DNA from: an uncultured Candidatus Saccharibacteria bacterium
Lineage (GTDB): Bacteria; Patescibacteriota; UBA1384; 2-12-FULL-50-11
NCBI GenBank assembly: GCA_964358205.1
Contig: CAYHNZ010000001.1
Location: 3,168-67,167 of the forward strand
Direction of reading: 5' to 3'
DNA length: 64,000 nucleotides
Below, one piece after another: positions 38,767-48,801 of the stretch. Each line of letters begins with the position of its first letter. Positions within the stretch are counted from its first letter, which is position 1. The notes under the pieces were generated by a model. It made no database searches, was not told the DNA's origin, and worked only from the letters and a program-made list of their open reading frames with translations. Both the position numbers and the translations under genes were made by a program.

Positions 38767-39993
38767 ATGAATCGAGACAATTTACTACCGTTATCGGGGT
38801 TTCGCGATCAGCTTGAGCCGAGTAAATCGGCCATATTAGACGAACTGAAGAAAATCTTTCAAAGCTACGGTTATCAGGAGTTGGAAACGCCGGTAATTGA
38901 GCGTCAGGAGATACTGCTCGGTAAGATGGGAGACGAAGCCCAGAAATTACTTTATCTATTCGAAGACAATGGGAAGCGGAAAGTCGGCTTGCGTTACGAT
39001 CTAACGGTGCCTTTGAGCCGATATGTGGCCGGCAATTACCAGAGTATGGCCTTGCCGTTCAAGCGCTTTGAGATCGGGCCGGTTTTTCGAGCCGAAAAGC
39101 CCCAGGCCGGTCGCTTCCGCCAATTTACCCAGGCCGATATCGATATTGTTGGCTCCGACGGAGGGGAGAGGGAAATTCTTGAGATAGTCGCCTCGGTTGC
39201 CCAAAACTTCGGCTTAAAAATCACCTGTGTTATTAACGATCGACGAATAGTTGAAGCGGTGTTTGAAGACCTGAAAGTCAAAACGGATATCCGTCAGTCG
39301 CTCCTGCGCCTGCTCGACAAAAAAGACAAGATTGCCGCCGAGCGGCTGGCTCGTGAGTTAGATGACTTAGGCATGACGACTGTTCAGAAGAAAGCCGTCA
39401 GCGGCCTGTTTCTGGGTGACGACGAGCCATTTGACGAGCTCGAAGGCCTACTTGGCAAGTCCGAAGCCCTAGCCGAACTTAAAAACCTGGTTAAATACGG
39501 CAAATCGATCGGCTTGAAGATGAAGTTTGATTTATCGATGGTTCGGGGGCTCGATTACTACACCGGCACGATTTTTGAATGCGTTGAAAAAAGTTACGGC
39601 GGCGGCACGCTGATGGGTGGCGGTCGCTATGACGGTTTGGTTGAGAGTTTGATCGGTCAGAAGCTACCAGCCGTCGGTATCTCTTTTGGGGTTGACCGGA
39701 TCGGCGAAGTGATGCAACTCAAAACTTCCGAGCAGTTGTTTGTCGTCTGCTTGCCGGAGAACGAAGTTGAAACTCGTCGCTGGGCAACCGAATTGCGCGA
39801 GCAGGGGAAGAGAGTTGAGGTTTATCTGGACTCGGCCGTCGAACTCGGCAAGCAGATTAAATATGCCGACAAGCGGGGCTATAAAACAATTATCATTCCA
39901 CTGGAAGAAGCCTGGAAAAAGGGCTGTGTTGAGGTGAAAGATCTTGAATCCGGCAAGCAGGAAGCAGTTGAGCGAAATCAAATAAGTAAATAG
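38767..39993 (+). CDS. hisS: Histidyl-tRNA synthetase (class II) with C-terminal anticodon-binding domain
   Basis: Motif 1/2 region 'KRFEIGPVFRAEKPQAGRFRQFTQADIDIVG'; 'GGGRYD' motif 3; 408 aa. Confidence 0.85.
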   Translation: MNRDNLLPLSGFRDQLEPSKSAILDELKKIFQSYGYQELETPVIERQEILLGKMGDEAQKLLYLFEDNGKRKVGLRYDLTVPLSRYVAGNYQSMALPFKRFEIGPVFRAEKPQAGRFRQFTQADIDIVGSDGGEREILEIVASVAQNFGLKITCVINDRRIVEAVFEDLKVKTDIRQSLLRLLDKKDKIAAERLARELDDLGMTTVQKKAVSGLFLGDDEPFDELEGLLGKSEALAELKNLVKYGKSIGLKMKFDLSMVRGLDYYTGTIFECVEKSYGGGTLMGGGRYDGLVESLIGQKLPAVGISFGVDRIGEVMQLKTSEQLFVVCLPENEVETRRWATELREQGKRVEVYLDSAVELGKQIKYADKRGYKTIIIPLEEAWKKGCVEVKDLESGKQEAVERNQISK

Positions 39994-40089
39994 CGTTCCA
40001 GCGAAAAACCGCGAGCCATGACCCATCAAAAGCAGGTCAGTGAGCGGTTTTTCACTTCTCCCCGAAGGGTAGCGTGCGGGGTAGGGAGT

Positions 40090-40135
40090 GTGAGGGTGTA
40101 GGGGCTGCTCCGCCACTAAGCCCCTCCACCCTCAC
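40090..40135. promoter_or_regulatory. Strong 17-bp-stem hairpin (GTGAGGGTGTAGGGGCT / AGCCCCTCCACCCTCAC, 1 mismatch) in hisS-ileS intergenic region / ileS leader; followed by A6 on + strand, so not a canonical intrinsic terminator in either orientation
   Basis: Read directly from sequence. Confidence 0.5.
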
Positions 40136-40192
40136 AAAAAAGCCAGCGACGCAGTCGCAAACCAATGTCTTTCGAGGTAAAATCAAACAACA

Positions 40193-43051
40193 ATGCCAAA
40201 GCCAGATTTTTCCGCAGAAACAAAATCGCTTTTTGAAGTAGAAGAAAAAGTCCTGAAGTTTTGGGACGAACAGAAGATTTTTCAGAAATCCCTCGATAAG
40301 AACCCTAAAGAGAATATCTTTTCTTTCTACGACGGCCCGCCGTTTATTACCGGCATTCCTCATTACGCCACGCTTTTGCCGTCTATCGCCAAAGACATTA
40401 TTCCCCGCTATCAAACGATGCGGGGTAAATACGTTCGGCGGATTTGGGGCTGGGATACCCACGGCTTGCCGGCCGAAAACCAAGTCGAAAAACAGCTCGG
40501 CCTGAAGGTAAAAAAAGACATCGAAACGCTGGGAGTCGATAAGTTTATCGCTGCTTGTCGCAACTATGTTGGCGAAGTCTCGGATGCTTGGAAGTGGTAC
40601 ATCGACCACATCGGTCGCTGGGTCGATATGGAGGGCGCCTATCGAACGGACAGCCTATCTTATATGGAGTCGGTGCTTTCTGTGTTCAAACAGCTTTACG
40701 ACAAAAACCTGATTTACCGTGGTCGCCGGACATCGCTCTATTGTCCGCGTTGTGCCACGCCGCTCTCGAAGTTTGAAGTGACGATGGACGACGATTCGTA
40801 TCGTGATGTTGAGGACCCGGCAGTTACAATTGCTTTCCCCCTTTTGGCCGACGACGTTTCACTCTTGGCCTGGACTACCACACCCTGGACTCTGCCTGCA
40901 AACCTTAGCTTGGCAGTCGATGAATTGGCCGAGTACGTCAAAGTAACCGACGGCAAGAAGCAGTACATTCTGGCGCATGAGGCCTTGTCACGTTACTCGG
41001 ATTGCGACTTTGAGATTCTTGAAACATTTAAAGGTAAGAAATTGATTGGTCAGAAATATGAACCGCTTTACAGTTTCCTACCAACCAATCCGGCCACTGA
41101 CTACCAAGTCTATCCAGCCGACTTCGTCTCGATGGATGAAGGCACGGGAATTGTCCATATTGCTCCAGGCTTTGGCGAGGACGATACCAAACTCGGGGAG
41201 AAGGTCGGTTTGTCACTGCACGAAACGATTGACGAAGCCGGGCATTTTATTCCCGAGGTCAAACCCTGGGCCGGTCAGTATTATAAAAAATCCAACTCCC
41301 AAATTTCCGCCGATTTACAAAAACGGGAGCTGTTATTTAAGGAAGAAACGATCACTCACTCCTACCCCCACTGCTACCGTTGCAGTACGCCGCTCATCTA
41401 CAAAGCCCAGGTTTCTTGGTACTTATCGATTGAACCGTTGCGAGCGCAGTTGCTCTCCAGCAATAAAAAAATAAACTGGATGCCCCAACATTTTGGCGAC
41501 AAGCGATTTGCCCACAATATTACTAATGCACCCGATTGGTCGATCAGTCGCACCCGTTATTGGGGGACGCTACTACCGGTTTGGGAGACCGAAGATGGTG
41601 AGATCTTTGTGCCCGAATCAATTACCGAACTGGAAAAATTAAGCGGTCAGAAAATAGACGATTTACATCGCCCCAAGATTGACGAGGTTGTCTTGACCCT
41701 ACCCAGCGGCAAAAAAGCTCGCCGAGTCAAAGACGTGCTCGATGTTTGGTTTGAATCCGGCTCGATGCCCTACGCCCAGGACCATTATCCGTTTGAGCAT
41801 CAAAAAGAATTTGACCAGCACTTCCCGACAGATTTCATTATTGAATACACCGGCCAGCTTCGGGGCTGGTTTTATTATTTACATGTTTTGGCCACTGCCC
41901 TCAAAAAAAGCATCGCTTTTAAAAATGTGGCTGTAACGGGAGTGCTGATGGGCAACGACGGTCGAAAAATGAGCAAATCCTACGGCAACTACCCCGATCC
42001 CCGTGGGACGATTGAGAAGTACGGCGCCGAGTCGCTCCGGCTCTATTTCATGGGATCGAAGATAATGGCTGGCGAGGATCTGGTGATTGCCGAGGAGGAT
42101 ATTCGCGAACAATCCCGCTTGCTTAATGTTTGGCACAACGCCCTAAAGTACTACTCAACCTACGCCGGAATCCACCCTTCTCCCACCCGGCGGGTGGGAG
42201 AAGGGGGAAACAAAGATAATAAGGGCGAAAAAAATGTGCTCGATCGGTGGGTTGAAGCCCGGCTCGAAGAGGCGATTAGGGACTACAGTCAGGGGTTGGA
42301 TAACTTCGATTTTCAATGCTCGACCAAAGCCATCCGGCCTTTTATTGAAGATTTATCGACGTGGTATATTCGACGGTCACGGGATCGTTTTGTCACGGGC
42401 GACCAAGCGGCGCTGGCGACTTTAGGGGCAGTTTTACAACGAGCGGCCATCGCTTTTGCCCCAACTCTGCCTTTTACCGGCGAGTATTTTTATCAGGTCC
42501 TCGGTGGTACGAAAGAGTCAGTTCACCTGGAAGATTATCCGACTGTTGACGAGGTAGTACTGAAAACTGAAAAAGAAACTATTGCCGTCATGGCAACTGT
42601 GCGAACCGTGGCTTCAGTAGCCCATATGCAACGCGCCGAGGCCAAAATGCCCCTGCGCCAACCGCTATCAAACTTGACCGTTGGCGGATCGCCAGATCTA
42701 GCCAATCGGGAAGATCTGATTGAGATTTTACGGGACGAGATGAATGTCGAGAGCGTTGAATTTGGTCAAGAGACCAGGATAGATACCGAGCTGACGCCAG
42801 AGCTGAAAGCCGAAGGCCGCACCCGAGAGTTAGCTCGCAAGCTTCAGGAGGCTCGCAAAAAATCTGGCTTAAAAGTGGGCGAATTGGCCAGTTTCCACTA
42901 CTTTACTCGTGACGACGAATTACGAGAGCTGATTGAAAAACATTCGACCGAATTAGCGAAAACTGCTTCACTGCGCTCCATCGAGCCGATCGCCGATTCT
43001 CCTGGCTTAACTAAACTCGACGGCGAAGAGCTGGCCTACAAATTTGAGTAG
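40193..43051 (+). CDS. ileS: Isoleucyl-tRNA synthetase, eukaryote-like type 2 (KMSKS intact; HIGH region reads 'PHYAT')
   Basis: 'DGPPFITGIPHYATLLPSIAKDIIPRY...WGWDTHGLPAE' matches type-2 IleRS N-terminus; 'KMSKSYGNYPDP'; 952 aa. Confidence 0.8.
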   Translation: MPKPDFSAETKSLFEVEEKVLKFWDEQKIFQKSLDKNPKENIFSFYDGPPFITGIPHYATLLPSIAKDIIPRYQTMRGKYVRRIWGWDTHGLPAENQVEKQLGLKVKKDIETLGVDKFIAACRNYVGEVSDAWKWYIDHIGRWVDMEGAYRTDSLSYMESVLSVFKQLYDKNLIYRGRRTSLYCPRCATPLSKFEVTMDDDSYRDVEDPAVTIAFPLLADDVSLLAWTTTPWTLPANLSLAVDELAEYVKVTDGKKQYILAHEALSRYSDCDFEILETFKGKKLIGQKYEPLYSFLPTNPATDYQVYPADFVSMDEGTGIVHIAPGFGEDDTKLGEKVGLSLHETIDEAGHFIPEVKPWAGQYYKKSNSQISADLQKRELLFKEETITHSYPHCYRCSTPLIYKAQVSWYLSIEPLRAQLLSSNKKINWMPQHFGDKRFAHNITNAPDWSISRTRYWGTLLPVWETEDGEIFVPESITELEKLSGQKIDDLHRPKIDEVVLTLPSGKKARRVKDVLDVWFESGSMPYAQDHYPFEHQKEFDQHFPTDFIIEYTGQLRGWFYYLHVLATALKKSIAFKNVAVTGVLMGNDGRKMSKSYGNYPDPRGTIEKYGAESLRLYFMGSKIMAGEDLVIAEEDIREQSRLLNVWHNALKYYSTYAGIHPSPTRRVGEGGNKDNKGEKNVLDRWVEARLEEAIRDYSQGLDNFDFQCSTKAIRPFIEDLSTWYIRRSRDRFVTGDQAALATLGAVLQRAAIAFAPTLPFTGEYFYQVLGGTKESVHLEDYPTVDEVVLKTEKETIAVMATVRTVASVAHMQRAEAKMPLRQPLSNLTVGGSPDLANREDLIEILRDEMNVESVEFGQETRIDTELTPELKAEGRTRELARKLQEARKKSGLKVGELASFHYFTRDDELRELIEKHSTELAKTASLRSIEPIADSPGLTKLDGEELAYKFE

Positions 43052-43402
43052 GGGCTTGACAGCCATCTCTAGCCTGGAGTAGCCTAGTTAGGCAGGTATC
43101 ATGCCTGCGGGTCTTCCAAAGACCAATGACGTGTTACAAGGAATAGTCCGTATGATGCGTACGAGGGAAATAGAAGGCAAGCAAGAAAAAAAATCGGCGG
43201 AGTTATAACTTCCGCCACGGCTTAGGCAAATGTTCTGTTCGGATGTTGAACTTCGGTTCAAATCAGTCTAGAAATAAGCTCTAGCCAAAAGTAGGGCTGC
43301 GATCGGTTCAATCTTGATTCGATCCAGCCGGCAATCATCCCGTTCTTTCATGAGAACACTTCCAACCGCCGGCCTCCTTCTGGAGGCCGGTACATTCATA
43401 TG

Positions 43403-43437
43403 AAAAAATGCCCGCTTCAATTGTTGAAGCGGGCATT
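43403..43437 (-). terminator. Rho-independent terminator (12-bp perfect stem GCCCGCTTCAAC... followed by T6 on minus strand) downstream of the lipase gene
   Basis: 'AATGCCCGCTTCAATTGTTGAAGCGGGCATT' with A6 upstream on + strand. Confidence 0.7.
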
Positions 43438-43449
43438 GAAGGGAAGTGA

Positions 43450-45162
43450 TTACTTCCGACGAATTGCGATAGATGATGGTGCGGATTGGCCGCGAGGGGC
43501 GCGAGTCGATGGTTCGGTTGGCGAAATGCCGTTGTAGGTCATATGCAGGACGAACCTTCGGTCGTAACGCTTACCATTCGTGTCGTGAGCCAGAACAATG
43601 ATATTCGAGGTCCGGGCTTTCCGTCGCTCGGGTGCGTTCCAGACGGGAGTTTCAGACTCATCGGGCCAGTAATCGATACCCAAAGTTTTGGAGGCACTGG
43701 GACTCATTTGATAGTTCCAGTCGTACCTTTGGTGAGGGAAGAAGACCCCCGGCGGGTAGCTGGGGTTGTACCAATAATTGCCCTGCCAAGCTCCGTATCG
43801 GTCGAACTCCTCAAACTGCACGTTCTCGATCGTCAGCTCGGTCGGTGAGTTGTTAGCGATCGTCACATCGACAGTCCAGTTTCCGTAGTAGCTGGACGCT
43901 TCACACGGCTCGGGGATTACGTTAAGCGACAGCCCGTTTTCGAGGGTCTGGATCCTCTGGTAGACTTCCGTGATAACAACCGGCTCATCCATAGTCAGGT
44001 GTCCGCTGTTTGGGAGGGTTTCTCGGTAGATGGTACCGTTGGTCATGTCGCCTATGCCGAATTGCTGGGCAAGGGCGCTGTTCGAGTTAACGACGTTGTC
44101 ACCGTTACTAGCAAAGAAGAGGTAGTCAACCTGCCCTCTCTGAACATGCTGATAGGCATTGAGACTGGTCAAGGCGGCACTGTTTGGCAGGAGCTCCGCG
44201 ATGGAATCATCGCCGATCGCTACCAACGGAATGCCAACTGGGCTAGTCAAAAATACACTCAAGTAGAAGCCGTACAAAAGCGTTAAGCTCAAGTTGCAGC
44301 CAGAGTTAGGAACAGCCAAAAAGATGGCTCTTTTGACTTTCTTCGTTTCTCCGCTGACCTCGAGGGCGTAGCGAGTAACCAATCCACCCTTGGAATAACC
44401 GATGATGTCGACCGACTTGTCGGCAAAACCGCCTTCGCGGATGGCCCTAGCTAGCTCGGCTCCGGCTTTTGCAAACGGGACCCGGTCGTCGTAACGGAAC
44501 GAGTACGAAGCGTCGTAACCGCCGACAGAAAAGGCTCTGTTGATGGCAGGTTTCATTTCGTCGGCGGTTTGAGAGACGCCGTGAACGATTATGACTGGTC
44601 GGTTTTTAGCTCCAAGGTCTAGGCTAATTCTCGTCAGGCCGTAGTCCGCATCTGGTGAGTTGAATACTGTCGAGATGCCAAGTACGAGCCGAGAAGCGAT
44701 AGTCGGCGACCGCCCGCGATCAAACATTTCCGGGCTGACCGTGATGACGATTTTGCCGTTTTGGCGCTTGACTTCGTACGCTCCGACAGGAGAGTTTCCG
44801 TCAAGCGAAGCGACAAATAGCGTGCCCGGTTGAGTGGTGTCAGGATATTCGACTTGAATGGTCTGGAGAGGAGCAGAGGGCATCTCAATATTGAGTGTTG
44901 GCTGTAAAGCCTTTTCGCCCGGTTGAGCGAAATTTGGCGCCGTCTGCTCAGTGACGGGCAAACTGGTAGGGCCGCCGAAGGTTCCGGCGGGAATGGTGAT
45001 CCTGGCCTGGCCGATGTCGCCAGTGGCAACTTGGTTGGCCGGAATATCGATCGCGATACGGTTAAAGGTGTTGGATCCGCCCGATTCTCCACCTCCACCA
45101 CCACAACCGACGAGTGTCAAAATTAGAACGCTAACAAGCGCCCAAGAACGGATTTCTGTCAT
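43450..45162 (-). CDS. Secreted alpha/beta-hydrolase lipase-family protein (lipoprotein-type signal; GYSKGG nucleophile elbow) with C-terminal beta domain
   Basis: 'VIIVHGVSQTADEM...DIIGYSKGGLVTRYAL' lipase class-2/PGAP1-like motif; signal 'ALVSVLILTLVGCGGGG'; start at 45162 preceded by GAGGA. Confidence 0.6.
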   Translation of the reverse strand: MTEIRSWALVSVLILTLVGCGGGGGESGGSNTFNRIAIDIPANQVATGDIGQARITIPAGTFGGPTSLPVTEQTAPNFAQPGEKALQPTLNIEMPSAPLQTIQVEYPDTTQPGTLFVASLDGNSPVGAYEVKRQNGKIVITVSPEMFDRGRSPTIASRLVLGISTVFNSPDADYGLTRISLDLGAKNRPVIIVHGVSQTADEMKPAINRAFSVGGYDASYSFRYDDRVPFAKAGAELARAIREGGFADKSVDIIGYSKGGLVTRYALEVSGETKKVKRAIFLAVPNSGCNLSLTLLYGFYLSVFLTSPVGIPLVAIGDDSIAELLPNSAALTSLNAYQHVQRGQVDYLFFASNGDNVVNSNSALAQQFGIGDMTNGTIYRETLPNSGHLTMDEPVVITEVYQRIQTLENGLSLNVIPEPCEASSYYGNWTVDVTIANNSPTELTIENVQFEEFDRYGAWQGNYWYNPSYPPGVFFPHQRYDWNYQMSPSASKTLGIDYWPDESETPVWNAPERRKARTSNIIVLAHDTNGKRYDRRFVLHMTYNGISPTEPSTRAPRGQSAPSSIAIRRK

Positions 45163-45267
45163 ATTATCCTCATTGTGAAAGTTCGAAACCTTCACTATCA
45201 GCTTTACAGTACCTAAAAAAACGGCCGGATTGAAATTAATCAATCCGGCCAGGGGATTCGGGGCGAT

Positions 45268-45864
45268 TTAGTTACCGATGATAGGATAGGGCTTGAGCCA
45301 GTCTTTGAGTAGATCACGCAGACCGTTAGCGACGGCGATTATTTGACGATCACTCCCCTTATCGAGACCAGCAAAGACACCGCCACCAGATTTGCCCTTA
45401 ATGGTTTTGGCGCTGACTATTGGCTCCTTCTTTTTGGCGTCAACCATCCAGACTTTCAGAGTTGCTGTGCCTTCGCGTTTGGCGACCAGAAACTGCTGGA
45501 TTAAACGTTGGTCGGTATCGGTGATAACGACGAAAATAACCAAATCAGCTTGGAGTAGGTTGCCGAGTGCGTAAAGTGTCTCTCTCTTCCACACTTCTTC
45601 GTCAGCAAAGTCAATTTTCAAGTTTTGAATCGCTTGAGCGACGGTTTCGGCGTCAATAACGACAAAATTCCGTTTCTCAAACTCCTCCTTCAGAAACTTG
45701 CCACCATGCGCAATTTGCTTATCAGTCAGTGCTTGCCACTTTTCACCAGTGATGCTCCTGACCGGCACTATCGCGACCTTGGTTTCCTTGGGAATGTAGG
45801 TCTGGGCTGAAGCTATATTGGCCACCAGCAGAACAACGATTATCAACAATTTTTTCATGTTCAT
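45268..45864 (-). CDS. Secreted/lipoprotein-like protein of unknown function (paralog of 51588-52299)
   Basis: Signal 'KKLLIIVVLLVANIASAQT'; shared motifs with the 51588-52299 gene. Confidence 0.4.
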   Translation of the reverse strand: MNMKKLLIIVVLLVANIASAQTYIPKETKVAIVPVRSITGEKWQALTDKQIAHGGKFLKEEFEKRNFVVIDAETVAQAIQNLKIDFADEEVWKRETLYALGNLLQADLVIFVVITDTDQRLIQQFLVAKREGTATLKVWMVDAKKKEPIVSAKTIKGKSGGGVFAGLDKGSDRQIIAVANGLRDLLKDWLKPYPIIGN

Positions 45865-45977
45865 TTCCCTCCAATGAGGATGCGCAAATTATACCGAAAA
45901 ATCAGCCAGACTTCCACCCATCCCAGACCAATTTCCGGTGGCTGTCGGTTTAGCCTTACTTCAAGTAGAATCAGGTC

Positions 45978-46625
45978 ATGTTGTTTGCTATTGCTCAATA
46001 TTTTTCGGCCGGGATGTCGTTAATTTTATTGCGGTTATTTACGAATTTACAGATCAAGGGACTCAAAAATCTCCAAGAGGTATCGAAGCCGTTTATTGTC
46101 GTGACCAACCACGAAAGTCACCTTGACCCCCAGCTAACTGGTGTCGCTCTCTTATGGCGACCGTCGTTGTTTCCCCTGCGCTATATGACCAAAAATGAGT
46201 TTTTTCGAATTCCGGTCTTTAATCTTTTTATATGGTTATTGGGTGCTTTTAAGGCGCACCGTAAGCAGGGTATCGGCCGATCGCTGTTGACGCCCATTCG
46301 GATATTGGAGCGCGGCGGCGCCGTGATTATGTTTCCCGAGGGTCGAATTATACCTGAACGCCCTCACCTCGGTGAAGGTCGTCGAGGCGCCGCTATTTTA
46401 GCTTTGAGTACTAGAGCGGCACTGGTACCGATGTCGCTCCACACTCCAGCCGGTTTCAGTTTGGTTGATTTCTTTTTCAAGCGAAAAACGGTGGTGATCA
46501 ATATCGGCTCTCCGTTTTATCTTAATAATTTAGACTATCCCGACTTGACTGATCAGTTTACCTACGCCGCCACCCAGGTGATTATGCAAAAAATATCCGA
46601 TCTGTATTACCAGCACGGGTATTGA
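45978..46625 (+). CDS. plsC: 1-acyl-sn-glycerol-3-phosphate acyltransferase (PlsC family)
   Basis: HX4D motif 'NHESHLD', 'MFPEGRI' motif; 215 aa. Confidence 0.75.
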   Translation: MLFAIAQYFSAGMSLILLRLFTNLQIKGLKNLQEVSKPFIVVTNHESHLDPQLTGVALLWRPSLFPLRYMTKNEFFRIPVFNLFIWLLGAFKAHRKQGIGRSLLTPIRILERGGAVIMFPEGRIIPERPHLGEGRRGAAILALSTRAALVPMSLHTPAGFSLVDFFFKRKTVVINIGSPFYLNNLDYPDLTDQFTYAATQVIMQKISDLYYQHGY

Positions 46626-46692
46626 GAACAGCCCAACTAAAAAACTCCCCGCCTGGTAGGGCGGGGAGCGGGTGGCCGGCGTTCAGCAGAAC

Positions 46693-47139
46693 TTATAGTT
46701 TCTCTATGCCGACACCGACGGCACCGATTGCTTGTCTGCACGGCTTACCATCACAACCGATGTTTGTCGGCGTCCAACCGAACTCATGGTCGAGACACCA
46801 GCCCAGGAAAGTCTTCACCCCTGTTTCCTGGTTAACACAGAAGACTTTGCGCCATAAGGCGTCGAGAGTCTTGCGCATGTTGCATTTCTTCCATGGGTTA
46901 GAGCACTTCCTGCTGTGGGTGACACAGAAGTCTTCCTGTGTCCTGACGGAATCGGTATCGACTTCGATAAGGTCGTAAACCCCACCGCAGCTTCCCCGAC
47001 CATGCTCATTAGAAACACCATCCGGGCAGGGAGGGCGACGTGGCGTCCAGCAAGAGCTGTCGGCGGCCCAGGCTAGAGAAGCGTAAGTGACGAAGACGGC
47101 CACTAGGGCCATCAGTTTTGTTAGAGTCCTACTTTTCAT
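46693..47139 (-). CDS. Small secreted cysteine-rich protein (148 aa, ~12 Cys); start overlaps pilin gene stop by 11 nt
   Basis: Signal 'LMALVAVFVTYASLAWA'; ORF-track 233-aa version rejected because its N-terminal half is out-of-frame overlap with pilin gene. Confidence 0.5.
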   Translation of the reverse strand: MKSRTLTKLMALVAVFVTYASLAWAADSSCWTPRRPPCPDGVSNEHGRGSCGGVYDLIEVDTDSVRTQEDFCVTHSRKCSNPWKKCNMRKTLDALWRKVFCVNQETGVKTFLGWCLDHEFGWTPTNIGCDGKPCRQAIGAVGVGIEKL

Positions 47140-47764
47140 TGGATTGCTCCGTTTTGAAGATGTGGTCAAGTTCCCACTTCTCGGTGGAATCGAACCATCT
47201 GACCGATCCTTGAGCGTTGACGCCCCGGACCTTGTACTTAACGGGGTGGTCGGTGGGGTTGGGGATCGAGTAGGTATAGAGCTTCTTGCCAAACTCGTGG
47301 CTTTGAGCTTTGCACTGCCCGCTACCCAAACCGCAGTTGAAGTTGTGCCACTCCATGTCTTTGATGATCGAGTTCTGCCCCTCTTGAAACTCAACTATGA
47401 GTTCTGGAAGACAAACTTCCACTTGCAGTTGAGCGTAACTCAAGGGGTAATAGAACGAAAAACCGCTGACAATCGAGTGGAGAATCCGAGCATCTTTGCC
47501 CGTCCGCTTGTCGTAGAGTTCCCGATCTTCGTTAATGACACCGACGTCGATCAAGGACTTGAGTCTGGGCGGGAAGTACTGATCGTTATCAGTCCGATAG
47601 ATCTCAATGGCCTTCGCCACTTGGCCTAAACCGGCAATTTCCGGCTGTTTACGAGCTTCGCCGATAGCGCTGCTGAAAACAGGGGAAAGAAGTGCTGCCA
47701 GCACCCCAAGAATGGCGATGACGACGATGATTTCAACGAGCGTGAAACCGATGAGGCGTTTCAT
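47129..47764 (-). CDS. Type IV pilin-like / pseudopilin protein (class III signal peptide, N-methylation site)
   Basis: 'MKRLIGFTLVEIIVVIAILGVLAALL' prepilin leader with G-F-T-L-V-E. Confidence 0.8.
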   Translation of the reverse strand: MKRLIGFTLVEIIVVIAILGVLAALLSPVFSSAIGEARKQPEIAGLGQVAKAIEIYRTDNDQYFPPRLKSLIDVGVINEDRELYDKRTGKDARILHSIVSGFSFYYPLSYAQLQVEVCLPELIVEFQEGQNSIIKDMEWHNFNCGLGSGQCKAQSHEFGKKLYTYSIPNPTDHPVKYKVRGVNAQGSVRWFDSTEKWELDHIFKTEQSNEK

Positions 47765-47767
47765 TGT

Positions 47768-48619
47768 TTATTTTTTCCCCAGCGTTGTTACCGCTGTGTT
47801 GGCGACGATTCGCCGGTCTTGGACCTCAAGAATGAAGTGCGGTTGGTCGGGCGAGAAGTTCCAACTTTGGAGGTCGTCTCGATTGATGATGACTACTGGA
47901 CTTTTGGGAGCCCATTCGGCCATCTGCGGTTCGAGACCCAGAGCCAGAATAATCGGGCTCTTGCCTTGTTGGTGAAGTAGTTTGAGGGCTGTTTGTAACC
48001 CGTTAATGGGGCAACCACACTGGGTCCAGACGAGGATAGTCGAAGTGGACGTCAAGAGCGGTCGCGAAGGCAGGGTACTGCCAACTTCTGGACCGCTGTT
48101 GGTGGCGCTGGATCGTAAACCCAGGCTCAAGAGCAAGCCCTTGGCGGCAATATTGGTACTTGGTAGAGCCCTAATCGCCACCGCCAGAATCAGACTCAAA
48201 GCCCAAGCCCCCAGAGCGAATTGGCCAAGCCGTTCTTTACTGCTGAAGGTAACTTGGAGAAAGAGGGCGATGACACCAGCCCAGACGACGCCACAGAGCC
48301 AGCAAGGGTGATACCCGAGCTGCATTAGCCCGAGCGGAAGTGGGCTTAGCACTCCGGCGACGAGAACCGCCGCCTCGATGTTCTTTCGGAGCAGTTGGTT
48401 CTTACTGAACCCAGCCAGCAGTAGGGTTAGGCCGAAACCAACTCCCATAATGGGTAGGCCAACCTGCTCTAGCCAATTGCGAGAGTGGCACGTCGGGCAC
48501 CACTGCAACAATAGAGCCAGAGAACTTATGGCGATGACGATTGAGCCCAGCGACCACCATACTGTCTTGACAGACAACGGCGAAGCTAGGCGTGAGCGTA
48601 ACGAACTATTTGATGTCAT
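47768..48619 (-). CDS. VKOR-like integral membrane thiol oxidoreductase with CXXC motifs and C-terminal thioredoxin-like soluble domain
   Basis: Multiple TM helices; 'CPTCHS', 'CWLC' in/near membrane segments; C-terminal 'WTQCGCP' region. Confidence 0.45.
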   Translation of the reverse strand: MTSNSSLRSRLASPLSVKTVWWSLGSIVIAISSLALLLQWCPTCHSRNWLEQVGLPIMGVGFGLTLLLAGFSKNQLLRKNIEAAVLVAGVLSPLPLGLMQLGYHPCWLCGVVWAGVIALFLQVTFSSKERLGQFALGAWALSLILAVAIRALPSTNIAAKGLLLSLGLRSSATNSGPEVGSTLPSRPLLTSTSTILVWTQCGCPINGLQTALKLLHQQGKSPIILALGLEPQMAEWAPKSPVVIINRDDLQSWNFSPDQPHFILEVQDRRIVANTAVTTLGKK

Positions 48620-48801
48620 AAGACCTCGTTCGGTGAAGTTTCGATTTCCCTTGATGTCAAGGAACCTCTGAATCCCCGATATTCTGCGCCGAATCAGCCC
48701 CTATGTCAATAGCCTTGTCAGCATTTTGCAATTATTGCTTTTAATACCCCGACGGCTTGTCGGAGATATTAATTTACTGCAAATGTTGTTAGCATAATTA
48801 T

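Noticed and set aside
40006-40054. Possible hisS terminator hairpin (AAAACCGC...GCGGTTTTT)
   Set aside because: The stem has only four GC pairs with a ~27-nt loop. That is too weak to call confidently, and the stronger hairpin at 40090-40135 lacks a downstream U-tract.
46693-47394. 233-aa ORF 'MSFKRGRTRSSKTWSGTTST...' on the minus strand
   Set aside because: The N-terminal 85 codons overlap the pilin gene out of frame and are S/T/R/P-rich junk. A clean signal peptide begins at the internal ATG 47139, so the gene was trimmed to 46693-47139.
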